A stretch of 64,000 nt of DNA from Pelagomonas calceolata (lineage: Eukaryota): NCBI GenBank assembly GCA_918797485.1, contig CAKKNE010000004.1, forward strand, positions 5,022,001 to 5,086,000, written 5' to 3'. The position numbers were made by a program, and so were the translations under genes. Below are positions 62,472-64,000 of this stretch, piece by piece. The notes under the pieces are model-generated. The model was not told the DNA's origin. It did not search any database and saw nothing but the letters and a program-made list of their open reading frames with translations. Each line of letters starts with the position of its first letter. Position 1 is the stretch's first letter.

Positions 62472-63722
62472 ATGAATACCCAGGTCATCGATTTGACATC
62501 TGAGGAGAGCTCGAGCACGCAGCGGTTGACCTCGTTCGAGGCGTCGACGGAGGCGGCCGCGGTGACGCCGGACACGAGCGGCGACGCGGCGCTGGCCGAG
62601 CGCCTCGCACGCAAGGAGTCCGCGCGCGCGAAACCGAACGGCGACGCGCCGGACACGAGCGGCGACGCAGACCTCGCGGCCAAACTCGCGGGCAGCGGCC
62701 CCGCGGACACGAGCGGCGACGCGGACCTCGCGGCCAAACTCTCGGGCAGCGGCCCCGCGGACACGAGCGACGACGCGGCGCTCGCCGCGCGTCTCGCGGG
62801 CCAGGCGGACCGCACCGCGGGCGACGCGGCCTACGCCGCGCGGCTGGCCGCCCGCGACGCCCGCACGGAGGGCGACGCGGCGCTGGCGAGGCGCCTCGCC
62901 GCCCGCGACGCCCGCACGGAGGGCGACGCGGCGCTGGCGAGGCGCCTCGCCGGCGCGGACGACGCGAAGAGACGCCGCGTCGAGCCCGCGCCCGTCGCCG
63001 CGCTCGCGTCGATCCGCCGGTTGCTCGGCGCGGATCCCGCCGACCTGGCGCGGCCCGACGAAGCCGTCCGGCTCTACCCGCAGCCGGACGGCTGGAGTTG
63101 TGGCTACCGCTGCCTGCAGACGCTCGTGTTCGCGCTGCGGCGCGCCGGCGCCGAGTACGGGACGGCCCTGGCGTCGGCGGGCCTCGCGGAGCCCGGCGGC
63201 GTCGCGTCGGTCTCCGCCGTCCAGGCGGCGGTCGAGCGCGGCTGGACCCGCGGCTTCGACCCCACGGGCGCGCAGCAGACGCGAGACAGGCTGCGCGGGC
63301 GCTTTCCGTTCGTGGGCTCGCGCGAGTGGATCGGCTGCTGCGAGGCGTGCGTCGCGCTGCGGAGCGCCGGCGTCCGCGCGGACGTCCGGGGGTTCGACGG
63401 GCGGCGCGACGGCCTGGCCGCGCGGCGCCTCGTCACGTACCTCGCAGACTACTTCAAGAACGTCGTCGGCGTCGGATCCGACGACGTCTGGGGCGCGTCG
63501 TGCCTGCCGCCGGCGCTCGTCTGCTTCGGCGGCCACAACCGCTGCGTCGTCGGCGTGTCGCGCGACCGGCTCGTGCTCCTCGACCCGAAGTGGCGCGAGC
63601 CGCGCCTCCAGTGCATGGCGCCGGCGGACCTGGCGCGCCACGCGCGCCAGTGGGAGTGCCTGGTCGTGCGGCCGGGCGTCGCCACGCGTCCGCTGCCGAC
63701 GGAGCCCGGCGATCCGGCCTGA
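62472..63722 (+). CDS. Peptidase C78 (ZUP1/UFSP-like) with tandem MIU-like repeats
   Basis: DGWSCGYRCLQ, GFDPTG, REWIG, GHNRCVVG, LLDP; repeated DAALARRL. Confidence 0.85.
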   Translation: MNTQVIDLTSEESSSTQRLTSFEASTEAAAVTPDTSGDAALAERLARKESARAKPNGDAPDTSGDADLAAKLAGSGPADTSGDADLAAKLSGSGPADTSDDAALAARLAGQADRTAGDAAYAARLAARDARTEGDAALARRLAARDARTEGDAALARRLAGADDAKRRRVEPAPVAALASIRRLLGADPADLARPDEAVRLYPQPDGWSCGYRCLQTLVFALRRAGAEYGTALASAGLAEPGGVASVSAVQAAVERGWTRGFDPTGAQQTRDRLRGRFPFVGSREWIGCCEACVALRSAGVRADVRGFDGRRDGLAARRLVTYLADYFKNVVGVGSDDVWGASCLPPALVCFGGHNRCVVGVSRDRLVLLDPKWREPRLQCMAPADLARHARQWECLVVRPGVATRPLPTEPGDPA

Positions 63723-64000
63723 CTCGGACGTAATGTGGTTGGGTGTGTACTAAATAAGAGATCTAATGTGGGTTCCAAATCAGGGCACTGGCACTGCCAG
63801 TGGCATGAAAAATGACTAAGACACGGACTTGGAATGAAGTCAAGTCACATTAAACAGGCTAGGCGTACTGCATGCGCGGGTTCGGCAGCACGGAGATTGA
63901 GAGCGGGATGACCTGCCTGCAGTTGGGACACGTCGCCGATTCGCCGACGCGGTCGCCCTCCGTAGACAACCGCTGCGCGGCCGCCAGCCAGTCCGAAAGA

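Overview
Compact, very GC-rich eukaryotic nuclear DNA. A heterokont alga is inferred, most likely a pelagophyte, from bipartite plastid presequences and TIR/8-bp-TSD introner elements. About 40 tightly packed genes or gene fragments are present: UTP21/WDR36, ATG10, P5A-type ATPase, RPB11 3' half, scramblase remnant, DysF protein, SRP9, PP2A-B55, NF-YC-like, guanylate-kinase-like, fibrillin, SDR, C2, ankyrin, a dehydrogenase-DUF1537 kinase-class II aldolase fusion, GMP reductase, AMP-ligase, BBS5, gamma-tocopherol methyltransferase, PDI, BAG-like, HisRS, dynactin p62, proteasome alpha4, SET, TMEM163-like and ZUP1-like. Five kinds of structure are not explained by the genes. (1) A family of intron-forming DNA transposons, with a 14-bp TIR CTGTGTGGAAATCA and an 8-bp TSD that supplies a GT/GC donor, is visible at every stage of decay and apparently accounts for many of the introns. 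(2) A ~23-bp motif GCTAGCGGnnTGTAAGACACTAG recurs 12+ times, always intergenic and upstream of gene starts. (3) A second short dispersed repeat ends in CTAGCACCGTAACA. (4) A 1.16-kb TIR element lies beside a long hairpin. (5) At three head-to-head junctions the 5' halves of genes, including essential RPB11, are missing. All calls come from reading motifs by eye; no searches were run and splice sites are predictions.
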